Assembly: GCA_051362555.1 (NCBI GenBank)
Contig: CM120640.1
Location: 66,752,788-66,816,787, forward strand
DNA length: 64,000 nt
Direction of reading: 5' to 3'
DNA from: Lingula anatina
Taxonomy: Eukaryota; Animalia; Brachiopoda
Made by a program: the position numbers and the translations under genes. Each line of letters opens with the position of its first letter. Position 1 is the first letter of the stretch. The notes beneath the pieces are model-generated. The model was not told where the DNA came from, ran no database searches, and worked only from the letters and a program-made list of their open reading frames with translations. Shown here in pieces: positions 53,401-63,297 of the stretch.

Positions 53401-54831
53401 CTTGTAGCAAGGCAATCAAAGCATAACTTATTAATGGCAATTATAAGCAGTTCAATACAATTCTTGCCCATTGGTATTCAAACTTATTTCTGCCAAGTTT
53501 CGTACTGATCTCTGCCAATTTTTAAAACTTTTTGGTTAAAAAAAAAAAAAAAACATAAAAAGCATACCAGTAATGTTATTACTTAAAATTTAAATGCCAT
53601 GAGTCCTATATCTGTTATCACTAAAGTAAAAAGTCACCTCACCAGTTCCAAATAGCTACAAAGCCATGCTGTTTGCTTTGATTTACATTTGAAACTGGCC
53701 TGAATCCTTCAAAAAATATTTATTTAAAATAATTTAATTTTTGGTAATTCTCATAATACCCAAATATCACTTAACTACGAAAAAAATTTAAAGGTTTGAT
53801 TTACAGATAAAAGATTGTCAATAACTGCGAGTAGTGTCATCATAAGATATCTTGGATATGAAATAGCACTTTTTATTTCCCTGCTCAGCAAAGGTGTGAT
53901 CTAAATAAAATTGAAATCTGACATTATAATTCAAAAAGGAATATTATGGGTTATGAGCATTATTAAATCTTCAAAGAACCTGTCCTTACGTGAAAACTAA
54001 TCAATTGCATCAAAACAAACAAAAAATGTGAATTTATCAAAAGTGCAAAGAAGGAAATATTAAATTATGTTTTATAGCATAAAAAGGACAGGATCCAAAA
54101 TGCAGACCACGCTAGTTATAAAATATAAATTAATGACTACCATCAGCAGTGTGAGTATGTATCCTTGTGTGCATCATGATTTTGATGGGAAATTACCCTT
54201 CTTACAAATAAATTTTGATCAAGATTGATTTAATTAAATTACATTTCCAAAATGAATGCTACTTGTTACTTTAATCTGTAAAATTTCTACACAGCAAGTA
54301 TTGGTTAATGTCCCAACATTTGTTTTTTTGAGACAAGTAATTAATAAGAACTATAAAGATATATCAGTAAGCAAGGTGTTTGAAGAGTGCGAGTAATTAC
54401 CGTACTCCACTTTCTATCTATCTGCAGCTGTATTATAATAGTATGTGGTCAATTTCCAGGATTTATAACTGCCTAATGTCTTCTACAAAAAAAGTTTTTA
54501 ATAAAAAATTATATATGGAAATGTAATTAATAATTATCTGGATACATGTTCTTAAAAGTTCGTGTATCATTATATATAAATTAGTCAATGTCCAGGTAGG
54601 TGAAGCCTTTATTATGTCTACAACAATGTATTCACAACAGCAAACAGTGTGGCCACGAGCACTGGATCTCCTGTCGTATTTGACACTTACCTCAAACCGT
54701 GGCTGAGTATAGTAGCTGTTGCTGGAACAAAAAGATATTGCACCACGTCGAGCAAGAGCCGAGTCAGGGATGGGTTGATCAGGAGGGAGATAGGGCTGGT
54801 TTTCAAGCCCCTTCCCCGGGCATATATCCAT
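15403..54831 (-). CDS. PDE7: High-affinity cAMP-specific 3',5'-cyclic phosphodiesterase 7 (PDE7A/7B co-orthologue)
   Basis: Exons (minus, 5'->3'): 54831-54691, 41889-41829, 26592-26497, 26068-25926, 22989-22926, 20286-20191, 19831-19731, 19343-19212, 18684-18593, 18243-18162, 17799-17737, 17426-17330, 17017-16937, 16724-15783 (or read-through to a stop at 15772), and a probable last exon 15452-15403. The translation has PDE motifs [44 protein letters not shown] and QIGFM. PDE7-specific N-terminal sequence is present (RRGAISF..., [25 protein letters not shown]; human PDE7A [25 protein letters not shown]). Ser sits at the position of PDE4 Tyr329, as in PDE7. The last exon is less certain. Confidence 0.93.
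30455..30577 (-). ncRNA. Degenerate hammerhead-ribozyme-like motif in dispersed repeat (copy A)
   Basis: Minus strand: ATTGT-CTGAAGA-GCCT(GAAAG)AGGC-AAAA-ACATTTA...TAAACAT-TC-CAAT. The core GAAA reads AAAA and the stem III differences are CpG-type transitions. It is an inverted homologue of 35295-35430. Confidence 0.4.
31050..31215 (-). mobile_element. Degenerate inverted copy of the CAGGGGCGGAT MITE at 45105-45272, nested in a satellite monomer
   Basis: Reverse-complement similarity (GTCTTCCGGAAGACCCAGAAGA vs TCTTCTGGGTCTTCCAGAAGAC; GATCCATCCTCCATTTT vs AAAAATGGAGGATGGATC); the flanks resemble the ~335-bp satellite unit. Confidence 0.75.
31453..31638 (-). mobile_element. HINE/Helentron-like non-autonomous element (CCTCCGCCAAGG family)
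   Basis: AACTAGAGAAGCGCTCCGAGAGTGCAGACCTCTGCCAAGG ... ATAACTTCCTTGGCAGGGGTAA; subterminal inverted repeats and a terminal hairpin. Same family as 62892-63297, in opposite orientation. Confidence 0.7.
32020..33510. repeat. Tandem array of ~335-340-bp satellite-like units
   Basis: AATGGTCATCAT recurs at 32641, 32975 and 33315, and the units containing the last two are nearly identical. More diverged monomers lie at ~32020-32640 and ~30950-31270, with an inverted one at ~39470-39800. Confidence 0.85.
33900..34504 (+). mobile_element. Pearl/HINE-like element with 159-bp internal tandem repeats, (GGCATC/GGCGAC)n microsatellite and terminal hairpin (copy 1)
   Basis: GAAAAAACAGCATAACT units at 33918, 34077 and 34236 (period 159); hexamer microsatellite ~34385-34450; hairpin ATGTACAGACACA-TC-TGTGCCTGTACAT followed by AAAAA. 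The 5' end may extend to ~33509. Confidence 0.8.
35295..35430 (+). ncRNA. Hammerhead-ribozyme-like motif in dispersed repeat (copy B)
   Basis: TTTATTGT-CTGAAGA(35400-35406)-GCCT GAAAG AGGC-GAAA(35420-35423)-ACGTTTA, followed directly by (TA)n. It includes a local 36-bp tandem duplication (35332-35403). Confidence 0.45.
35430..35494. repeat. (TA)n microsatellite
   Basis: Uninterrupted TA run. Shorter runs occur at ~1958-1983, ~20510-20533 and ~31687-31722, and (TTA)n at ~22715-22768. Confidence 0.95.
35495..35990 (+). mobile_element. Tc1/mariner transposon relic (3' part of DD34E transposase)
   Basis: Frameshifted, stop-containing translation [63 protein letters not shown] matches the Tc1 consensus FQQDNAPCH..WPAQSPDLNPIEHLW..SM.RR...CI...GG...Y. 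Confidence 0.85.
39470..39800 (-). repeat. Inverted dispersed monomer of the ~335-bp satellite
   Basis: The reverse complement aligns by eye with 32020-32370 (GCACAACAGGTAACAC, CATAAGGCTTCA, GCCAGAATGAGAAAAAT). Confidence 0.75.
41196..41752 (+). mobile_element. Pearl/HINE-like element with 159-bp repeats (copy 2)
   Basis: Near-identical to 33918-34504; perfect 14-bp-arm hairpin TATGTACAGACACA-TC-TGTGTCTGTACATA (41719-41748); ends ~75 bp from the PDE7 exon-2 donor. A fragment also lies at ~47950-48070. Confidence 0.82.
42231..42508. mobile_element. Harbinger-like MITE (~278 bp)
   Basis: Long TIRs CGTTCCCATAACCCTATCATACTAGCTGGATC / GATCCTGCTAGTACGATAAGGTTATGGGAACG; TAT on both flanks (3-bp TSD). 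Confidence 0.75.
42992..43354. mobile_element. Non-autonomous DNA transposon with CAG..CTG termini and 6-bp TSD
   Basis: TIRs CAGACATGCTGAAA / TTTCAGCATGTCTG; TTAATC duplicated at 42986-42991 and 43355-43360; subterminal CGGTC/GGTCC motifs. Confidence 0.85.
45105..45272. mobile_element. MITE with CAGGGGCGGAT TIRs and 6-bp TSD
   Basis: CAGGGGCGGAT / ATCCGCCCCTG; CATTAT duplicated at 45099-45104 and 45273-45278. Confidence 0.87.
47695..47941. mobile_element. Degenerate CAGGGGCGGATCCAG-type MITE
   Basis: CAGGGGCAGATCCAGG ... AAATCTGCCATTG with G/C-run subterminal tracts; flanks ATGGTG/ATTGTA are an imperfect TSD. Confidence 0.65.
48614..48768. mobile_element. Foldback MITE at a TTAA site (Kolobok-like)
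   Basis: GGGATTAACGAGAGAAGCGGAGGTTATCA / TGATAACCTCCGCTTTTCTCGTTAATCCC, plus an inner IR TATTGACATCAC / GTGACGTCAATA; flanks TTAA and TGAA. Confidence 0.8.
49345..49538. mobile_element. Harbinger/Tourist-like MITE
   Basis: Perfect 11-bp TIRs GGCCGCATTCA / TGAATGCGGCC; flanks TAA and TTA (TWA target). Confidence 0.8.
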
Positions 54832-55150
54832 GCTACACTACACACTGGACCGAAATGAACTCTTCCAATCACTGGGGGTGATAGCCACTGACCCAGATTC
54901 CAGCTACGAGACTTTCTGGCCGAGATTAAGAATGTATTGTGTTCCCGATTGTCATGTGTATAATAAGGTCCGAATATTGAACGAGAAGAATAAATACGAG
55001 CGTCACAGGCCGGGTTGCAAGCTGGCAATGACGCACATGCACTTTCTGAATGAGAACTGGGTCAGTAGAAAAGCATGCGTACTGGGTTTATAGAGCAGGC
55101 GTGTGTAAATATTATAGTGTGGCCTTCCTGGTGCTGTAAGTGGCAAAGAA
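54832..55150 (-). promoter_or_regulatory. Probable PDE7 5'UTR/promoter region
   Basis: Local CpG enrichment directly upstream of the PDE7 ATG, against CpG-depleted introns. No TSS can be fixed. Confidence 0.4.
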
Positions 55151-55931
55151 CTTATCTGGTAACACTGATGGTCAGTGTTTTCTGTACTGTCTTTAAAATC
55201 ACCTTTTCACACCTTTTAAAAGTAATGTATATGTTTTATTCATACCTTCTACACCAGACAGCTGGTGAAACGTACAGAGAGAGAGTAATAGCAATAATAT
55301 AAATATAAAAAAAAGACATATAGAGTAATAGCAATAATATAAAAAAAATACATAGATAAGTAGCACCAAAATTACATATGTAGATATGCACCGTTATTAG
55401 GCCTACACATACATGGCAAGTATTTCATAGTCATAATAGGTGCGGTCTTAATGCTAAATCAACTGCTCACAGCACTGATCGTAAGCTAGCATAAGACTAC
55501 AAGTATTGCATGACTAAGATATAGATGTTTATTATGCACGAGCCTGTTTTCTACTATGTGAAATAAACCTTAAATATTAAAAGCAGTAGACCTTACTGCA
55601 CAGTGCAGACAGCCGGTGTGGCAGGAATGGCTAGAGTCCTAGGAATGGAACGAAGTCCGGGGTCCCATATGATTAGTTGGTTAGGGTTGGTCGGGGTATT
55701 GGGACGGGTATCGCCCGTACAGAGAAATGGAGAGCCGACTATGGGACAGAAAAGATTAATAACACCCGTAAAAACGTTCGTATAATATTATTCTTTTTTA
55801 CGTAGGCCTACTACAAAATTGCAAAGACGGTATGCAATCAAAATAGTGCCCTTAAGCCCGTTTTAATTTTAAAAAAATTTAACATGGTAAGCGTATGCTA
55901 TTTATGTATTTCATAATTTATTTAGGTCTAT

Positions 55932-55966
<35 letters not shown>

Positions 55967-56691
55967 GAGATTTATTTAGAGAAATTTAATTTTTTTTTTC
56001 GACGGAATAGCATTTAAACACCCTTGGGTTCATTTCTTACTGCAAGTCTTCGATACGATAGAACGTCCAGTTCTTTCTATTTTAAAAGGCCCTGTGGCCT
56101 TCCCCAGTCTTTTCTCTGATATATCCAATACATGATCATTTATAAGTGAAATGTTACTTTCTTGAACATATGAAGGGATAATTTCAAAAACTTCCACGCC
56201 TCTGAGTCCATGTGATTATCAAGTTATTTTAATAATTAAAATCACTAAAAGCCACCGTTAATGATGTAACACATATTATGCAAAAATAATGCAGTATTAT
56301 GGCAAATAATAGCAAAAACCATAGTTTTCTAGGATATGTTTCTAGGGTAAATTGCTCGATACAAAAGACTCGATTTCAAAATTGATGTAACGATAATTTT
56401 TAAGAAATCACGATCGATATTTACCACCATTCATGACAGACAGTTGTGACCCATTTGTTTCGATAGCAAGATACATAAGCATCCCCCCCTCTCCATCACA
56501 GACTAGAAACGAACTAAGTTCGAAATCCTTGCAAAATTTCAAAAATATTTCAACAAAAATAACAACATTATAGGCCTAGCACACAAAGTTTTGCCTCATG
56601 CTTAGTTATAGTTCTGTCTGATCTTTATGATTGAGCTCTCTTGCTTAAAAAATGTCCGAGGAGTCAAAAAAAAAAGCCAAACGTGCCTGTC

Positions 56692-59600
56692 TTAAGATCT
56701 GAATGATTTCGCTGATGGTGCTGATTGTTTTGGTTTCCAGCCTCTTTTAATATTCTGAATTTTCAGAATATCGAAAGGCTTAAGGTTGAAAGGATCCTCT
56801 TTCAAAATATTGTCTGTGAGTAGCATGAAGAGCGCACCATCCACCTCGTTCACCTTGCATATCTTGGCCGCGTTGTGGAGGCCATAAACCTGCAGGACAG
56901 CTTCCAATCCGTCCACAGTTAGCATCGAGAGGTCGCTGGGGACATCACCATACTCTTTGATTGATGGAGCAGAGTCGTCTGATGTCACTTTATTGGGATA
57001 GGGCAGCGATTTCCTCAGCTCGTCAAAGGAGGGAGATTGTGATTGGTGTGGTTCTTCACGCTGTCGTAGCTGTACTTGCGAATCTAATTCTTGTTTCAAC
57101 TTGACACTAGAAACAAGTGTTTGTGACAGTTCGTGGACCAGGCTCTGATGATGCTCTTGTTGCCTGTGCTGTTGAATGTGTTCTGCCATCTGTGATGGTG
57201 TATTTTCATGTTCTTCATTCTGGTAACGCGTTTGTAGGATCGCAGCCAATACTGTCGGTTTTACGCTTGCTGTTGTGGTCATGGCCTCAGCACGTGCTAT
57301 ATGCTGAGAAGGCGATATTGTGGCAGTTGGAACGACTTTTGATTCTCTGGAGGTTGTGGTGCTTATGTCTTCTCTTTTGTCACCTAATAGAGAATTGTCT
57401 GAAAGTTGCCTATTTGGTTTAGGCTTAGGTTTTGGCTTCAACGCTGGTCTAGGTTTTTCGCTTTTCGAACGGGATGGAGGAGCACTAAAAACCACTGGTT
57501 TTGATTCAGTCATTACGTTTGCCTTTGATTTCGCTCTTAATTCAGTCATTACGTTTTCATCAAGTAGTTCATAATCTAAGCCATCTGCATCGCCTTTCGT
57601 TTTAGAATTCTGGTGAAGATTTTGTTCCTGATTCTGACGCCCCGACGGAAACCAGAACTCTTTTGACGTTGGAGAAAATTGGTGGGTTTTGGGACTAGCA
57701 GCTGTCGGTGTTTTTGGCGTTCTCGGTATAATCGGAGGCGGTGTTTCGTCATCCAAATGCTCGCCCGATAATCCATTTCCCTCTGGGTAAGGCAGACACG
57801 GCACAGCGTTGGGCACCCTTTCCCTAAGTCTAGCTGGTTTTGGTGGTCGCTGGGGTGGTTCCGCGGGTATCGTCTTCAAGGCGCCACTGCCAGAGTGGTG
57901 CTGATGGCCGCCAAAGACAGCGTAGTGTTGATGGAGGGTGGCAATAACCGATTTTCCAAAACCTCGAACAGTACCTAAGGCTTTCTTCAGGTTAGGGGCT
58001 TTTTGCTTTTTCTTGGTGGGGTTTCCCTGACCATCTTCAGAATCATTAGATTCATTCTAAAATTATTCAAAGTATATAAATAAGCACACGAAAAAATTAA
58101 TGAATACATACGTTTAAAGGTACATACGAACCGAGCATCGGTGGAGCGTGGATTCCCAGTAACACATGTAAACCACTTTTACTACTTTCTTATACGACTC
58201 AAATAAATTCGACATGCCAAGGGATAAACTGAATAGATCACTCGATCAGTCATAAAAGAGCTTTAGACTGCTCCTTTCTTAAAATTTTTGGTTGGAAATT
58301 TAACCTAATTTCGTGACCTAATTTTCTGCCCCATTGACATACAGCATAGAATGCTGGCAGAAATTTCTGTTCAAACATCATTTTCGGGTAAAGTTAAACA
58401 ATGCCTTTTGGCAATTCTCTTAGTTATACTACTTGAAACTATATGCTGGCATTTGGTTGGTTTTTGTGACAAAAAATTGACTTTGTATGCATCTTTAATA
58501 TTTACTGAATTTATCGAATTTTTTTAATTGTTAATTAGAACCAGTATTTCATACTGCTAAATTAACATTTTTTGACCAATGATTATTGACGAAAATGTTA
58601 AAGTACTTTTACCAGTACCTGGTCGTCCACTTTTGGAATCAAGTATCCATGCTGATCCTCTTCGCCTTCAAAAAGTACTGAAAAATGAAACCATGACCGT
58701 GCAATTATTATTACCTTGTTTTCATTTTTCATTATAACGACAAAACAGGACTATGATACGTAATGGAGAGAGATTCCCGATCTGCCCTATGATTTCCCTG
58801 AGAAGAACACACCCTAAAGTCCCTAGTGAATATTGGTCATTATAATTATTGTTAGAAACCACTGCGTTATACGGACTTTACGGCGTTTTCGACACTTTAA
58901 AATTAAAACACTCCTTTCACGAAATTCCTATAAGGACAACGTTCCATTCTGGAGCCAAAAAATGAAACAAATGATAATTCCTAGTCTTTCCCAGTCATTT
59001 CCTGCCCATTTTAATCACTACAGTTAACAAGGGAAGTAAGCGTTATCAACTGAATATTGACGTCAATGGAGTTCAGCACGCTAAGCTGTAATTGCACATT
59101 GCAAAAAAAAAAAAAAAAATCGTCCAAAAATCATAAAGCATGTGCCAGACTCCTATAAACCCCTATAAATCAACATGACTTAGGTATTTTACGATGCTCA
59201 TAAAAAACTATGGTCTTAAAACCTACATTGATGCACTGGGAACTTTTAAGACAATGAATAAATTTTCTGTCCAACATCAAATATTTTGAATTTTTTTCAC
59301 GTATAATCTTTGCTGTTTTATTGATTTTAGCGTAAGCCATTTTGTTATATAAAGCTGGTTTATTACTTAAGTGTCCATATCATGTGCTGATTGTGCTATT
59401 TTCATAATTACAAATTAACTTTACTTTATTTCTTTTTATCGACCTTAACGAAAAAGTCTTATAGGATCCTATAAGATCCTATAGGATCCCATAGGAAATT
59501 GGGCCAATTTGCTATAGAATCGTATAGGATCTTATAGGATCCTATAGTGCTTTTTCATGAGGGGATGTATTTTACTGCTTTGACATCATTTACTTTATAA

Positions 59601-59971
59601 AACAAAACCATTCACCTTGACGAGCTTCTCTTCGGGCCCGACTCGCTTTTAATTCTTCCAAGTCGTCGTCGTCAATTTCCTCGTAGCCATCTCCAGAGTC
59701 GGAATCCATTTCATCTCCCTGGGACTCTGGAATAAAAATAAGAAATGGGGTCAAGTTTGTCGTTATCAAGATGCAAGCACGTGAATCAGTTATACAACAT
59801 GCCAAAGAACTGTTCACGTGTCTCATAAAAATGTTAAGGAACCAATATTGTCAATGTCCATGGTATTAAAATCCATCTTTTATTATATTACTTGGCAATG
59901 TTTAATTATGTGTGTGTGTGTGTGTGCATGTATGTGCGTGTTAGTTTTGTGTTTTATTTTTTATTTAATTA

Positions 59972-60002
<31 letters not shown>

Positions 60003-62109
60003 TTGGCTAAATCTCTCTGATACTAGAGAAATTAGTTTATAGCAAACCCATTTACGTTTTATTGAGAGGATCCAAGGTCGAAATAAAGTACAAACCCGGC
60101 AGCATCAATAAGGAACCCCATTAAGTTTAACTTTTTTTCCGTGCCAAGTATCCTTATCTTGAGACAAGTATATTATCACAAATCCAAAGATCTTGAAGTT
60201 CTTGTCTGAGACAGACATTATCAGTTAAATTTTGAAGAGGCACTCAGATAGCACTCGTTTGTATTTTATCTTTTTATACGTAAATACAAAACTATCGAAT
60301 CAAAGCCAGGTTAGCAAGAAGTTCTAAAATCCTCTACTAACTGTTTTGAATTTCCTAAACATCTCAAAAGTGTTGTGGATCAACTATCTGTTTAAATTTT
60401 TTATTTAGTCACAACTGGACATATTAATAACATTTGACATAATCAAAGATCCTACTGAGGAAACTAGTAGTTTCTGGCGATAAGTAAGGAAGACCACGAT
60501 AACCAGTGTGCTTCAGATGTTGACAGCCAATATACAGGTACGTTCAAAAGGCGTCGCAAGTGGATGAATCATTATTTACATTTTGATGTAGCCAATAAAC
60601 AGGTGCGTATTGCACCATATAAAGATAAAATATTCTGAAAAAAAAACTGCTGTCATGAATCTATAATCTTTTAAAATTTAATGTGACATTTGTTTTGTTT
60701 TCAATATGCCCATCTAGGCCTACTGTGGTACGTGCTAGCACGCCATCACAAGAAATAAACGCCCATTTCAAACAAAAATAAAAGCTTTCATTTCTCTTTC
60801 ATTACCTGCGATAATTGGCATATACCCGTCTCCAGTATGTGAACGGGGTGGTACTGTTGGCGGGTTCAAAGCCGAATCAGAATAGACGCGACTACGCGGT
60901 TTTGTCACATATTCAATGTATGCCTCATCGTCATCAACCTAAAATAGTAGAAATTAAGCCAAAATGTTTATAACTCGTTGTTGCTTTGCAAAGATAGATA
61001 GAATCCCAATGAAGTTCCCAGGGAATATGCCGCTGTAAGTGCTAGAATGCTGTTTTGTCATGGAACAGTTAGTTCATCAATTTCAGTAGGACTGCGACTT
61101 AAAATACGTACTTACTGTATTTGGGCCGACACTCACTAATATATTTGTTTAAAATAAAAACCACATAAAATCACTAAAGAAGTAAAAGTGGGGAAGTCAT
61201 AGAACAAAACCATCTTTCGGTTACCTGACTGACGTCGATCTCCGTTCCAAAACTTTTCACAATAATTCTATGATAATCTGGACTTTCTTCTGCTACAAAG
61301 AAACTGACGTTTAATGACACCGGAGAGAGAGGAATTAATGTTATGTTCTTTTTTGAGATCAAAGACTGTTTTGGGCATCCTTCTTCGTGAATCTGTGTAC
61401 TGGCGACTAAAACTTCTTGCATGAATAATTTTATCAGGGTGAATTCCCCGGAAAAGTCTTCCAGGTTGCTAATTCCTTCTTGCACGTCTTTTGACAGAGC
61501 CAACCTCTCTCGTCCACCGACGATCTTTATCCTGCAAGGTAACGGTTTCTGGTTAATGACATCACTTAGTCTGTAATGCTGCGTGTCTGGTACTACGGTG
61601 AAATCACCTTCAAAGTCTCTAGGGAGACATAAGTCTCTGCCATCTCCATGACACAGGACAAATTCTTGAATACCCTTGGGAGTCATCCTCTTTTCAATCT
61701 TATCAATTTGTAAAATAGTCCCTGTGCGCACGTTATGCCCCAATCGTTGTGGAGGAGATATGGGTTTCCCAATTTTCAGAAACGAAGGCATTTCCTCGTC
61801 TATTGCTTCCCCGATCGTCGAATAGATATGATGTTCGCCCATTAAAGGTAAAATCTTTACCGCCCCGGTGTAAGCTAAAGGTATGCTGACATTTTCAGAA
61901 CTTCCGGGTACACGGGCCTCCACCTTCTGAAGCGACTTTTTAGCATAGATTTTTAATATGTCATCTGAAGAAAACGATTCATAATCCCTTTCGCCGTAAA
62001 AACCTTCTGCCACTTTAACAATGAAAGGAAGACTGAATTTCTCCACCACTTCCTCGGTAGAGTAATAAACTTTTGACCAAGTCAACTCGGAAACGTCTGA
62101 CTCGGCCAT
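56692..62109 (-). CDS. CABIT-domain, proline-rich, C-terminal SAM-domain signalling adaptor (GAREM/THEMIS-like), ~850 aa
   Basis: Exons 62109-61225, 60938-60806, 59726-59616, 58677-58619 and 58056-56692, with consistent phases (2553 nt). The N-terminus (LTWSKVYYSTEEVVEKFSLPFIVKVAEG..SIPLAYTGAVKI..LCLPRDFEGDF..LPCRIKI) is CABIT-like. The C-terminus (VPSDLSMLTVDGLEAVLQVYGL..VDGALFMLLTDNILKEDPFNLKPFDILKIQNIKRGWKPK) resembles the GAREM SAM end. No symbol is given because orthology is unverified. Confidence 0.85.
58118..58494. mobile_element. Kolobok-like non-autonomous element in the adaptor gene's last intron
   Basis: TTAA|AGGTACATACGAA ... TTTGTATGCATCT|TTAA: imperfect TIRs with a TTAA TSD. 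Confidence 0.65.
59441..59564. mobile_element. Palindromic MITE built of TATAGGATCC decamers
   Basis: GAAAAAGTCTTATAGGATCCTATAAGATCCTATAGGATCCCATAGGAAATTGG-G-CCAATTTGCTATAGAATCGTATAGGATCTTATAGGATCCTATAGTGCTTTTTC is almost fully self-complementary. Confidence 0.75.
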
Positions 62110-62891
62110 GTTCTTTACTCGTACTGGTTATGAGATATCACGCAACTAGGTCAAACATGGGTTCGATTACTAAGGAACAAAAACATTATTTGTCCCGCGT
62201 AGTTCAGGTTTTTGATAGGCAGACCCTGGATTAAAGTCCAAGTGATAACATAAGGGTAAGTTGAGCGAGCGCGTTTTTGTAAGCTTTGTCACTTCCTGGT
62301 TTACTTATAACTAGAAAGATCTATTGTCCCATTGGGTATTTTTGTTACCCGTGAAAAGCCACTTTTTATTTCCCGAGATGCGTGAAAGGCTCATATTATT
62401 AAGCGTTATCCCGTGACTCGTGAATGGGGCTTTGATTCAGCGAAGTTATTATACACGGCGATTCATGATTTTCAGGGGATTTCGACTCGCATTATCGCTG
62501 ACATATGAACAAAGTTTTACTTGTGAACTGTGTTTTGTGAATATATGTTTTTATTTATCCCGTCAACTGTGTTCACTGCCCCCCCCCCAATTGGACCCTC
62601 TCTATTGGAGCAAAAATATACTTGAATAAAAAAAAAACCTTTGTATTTCCTTACCGTATCTACAAGTGGCAAGGGGGAAATACATCAGAATCACAAAGAT
62701 AAGATATCCATTTCTGAACGCAGGTCCACATGGATAATATTCATTTTTATACAGAAACAACTTAGGAAAAAAGCGCATTGCAGTGCATATTGTTAGTATT
62801 AAACCTTAAAACAAGGCAGCAGATACCCCTAATTACATAAAAAATACAATTAAGTACAAGTCTACCTGGTAACAAAATGGGGCTATTATTA

Positions 62892-63297
62892 ATCACCTTC
62901 GCCAAGGAGGTTACGTTTATACTTTGTTTGTCTGTTTATTGAACTTTGAAGATTATATTTTGGCGATGATCCATTGATAAAATAATTGTAAATTATTATT
63001 TTTGTCTGTCTGTCTGTTAGCAACAACATGCAAAAAGATAGGGACTTTGATTAGATTTTCAAAATAGGTCGGAAAGGGGCTATATTTGGGTGGTGATTAA
63101 GCAGTTAATAAATTAGTTTCTAAATTAATTAATTAATCAATAATTGTGAGATTATAGGTACTTGATAAATTAATTAAATAATAATAAATACTAATGAGAA
63201 TTGAGTTAATCTATTAATAAACTAGTTAATACAGATAAATGAGAATGAGAATCAAGTTGTCTTGGCGGAGGTTGTGCTTGCCCAGTGCTTTCCAGTT
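62892..63297 (+). mobile_element. HINE/Helentron-like non-autonomous element (CCTCCGCCAAGG family)
   Basis: ACCTTCGCCAAGGAGGTTACGTTT, a (TGTC)n tract, then CTTGGCGGAGGTTGTGCTTGCCCAGTGCTTTCCAGTT: 5' palindrome, subTIRs, microsatellite and 3' hairpin. Confidence 0.75.

Noticed and set aside
54687-55028. 113-aa ORF overlapping the PDE7 start as a possible uORF
   Set aside because: It starts at TTG, not ATG, and has no recognisable homology.
57117-57776. Short ORFs overlapping the adaptor's last exon
   Set aside because: Antisense or alternative-frame shadows of the real coding exon.
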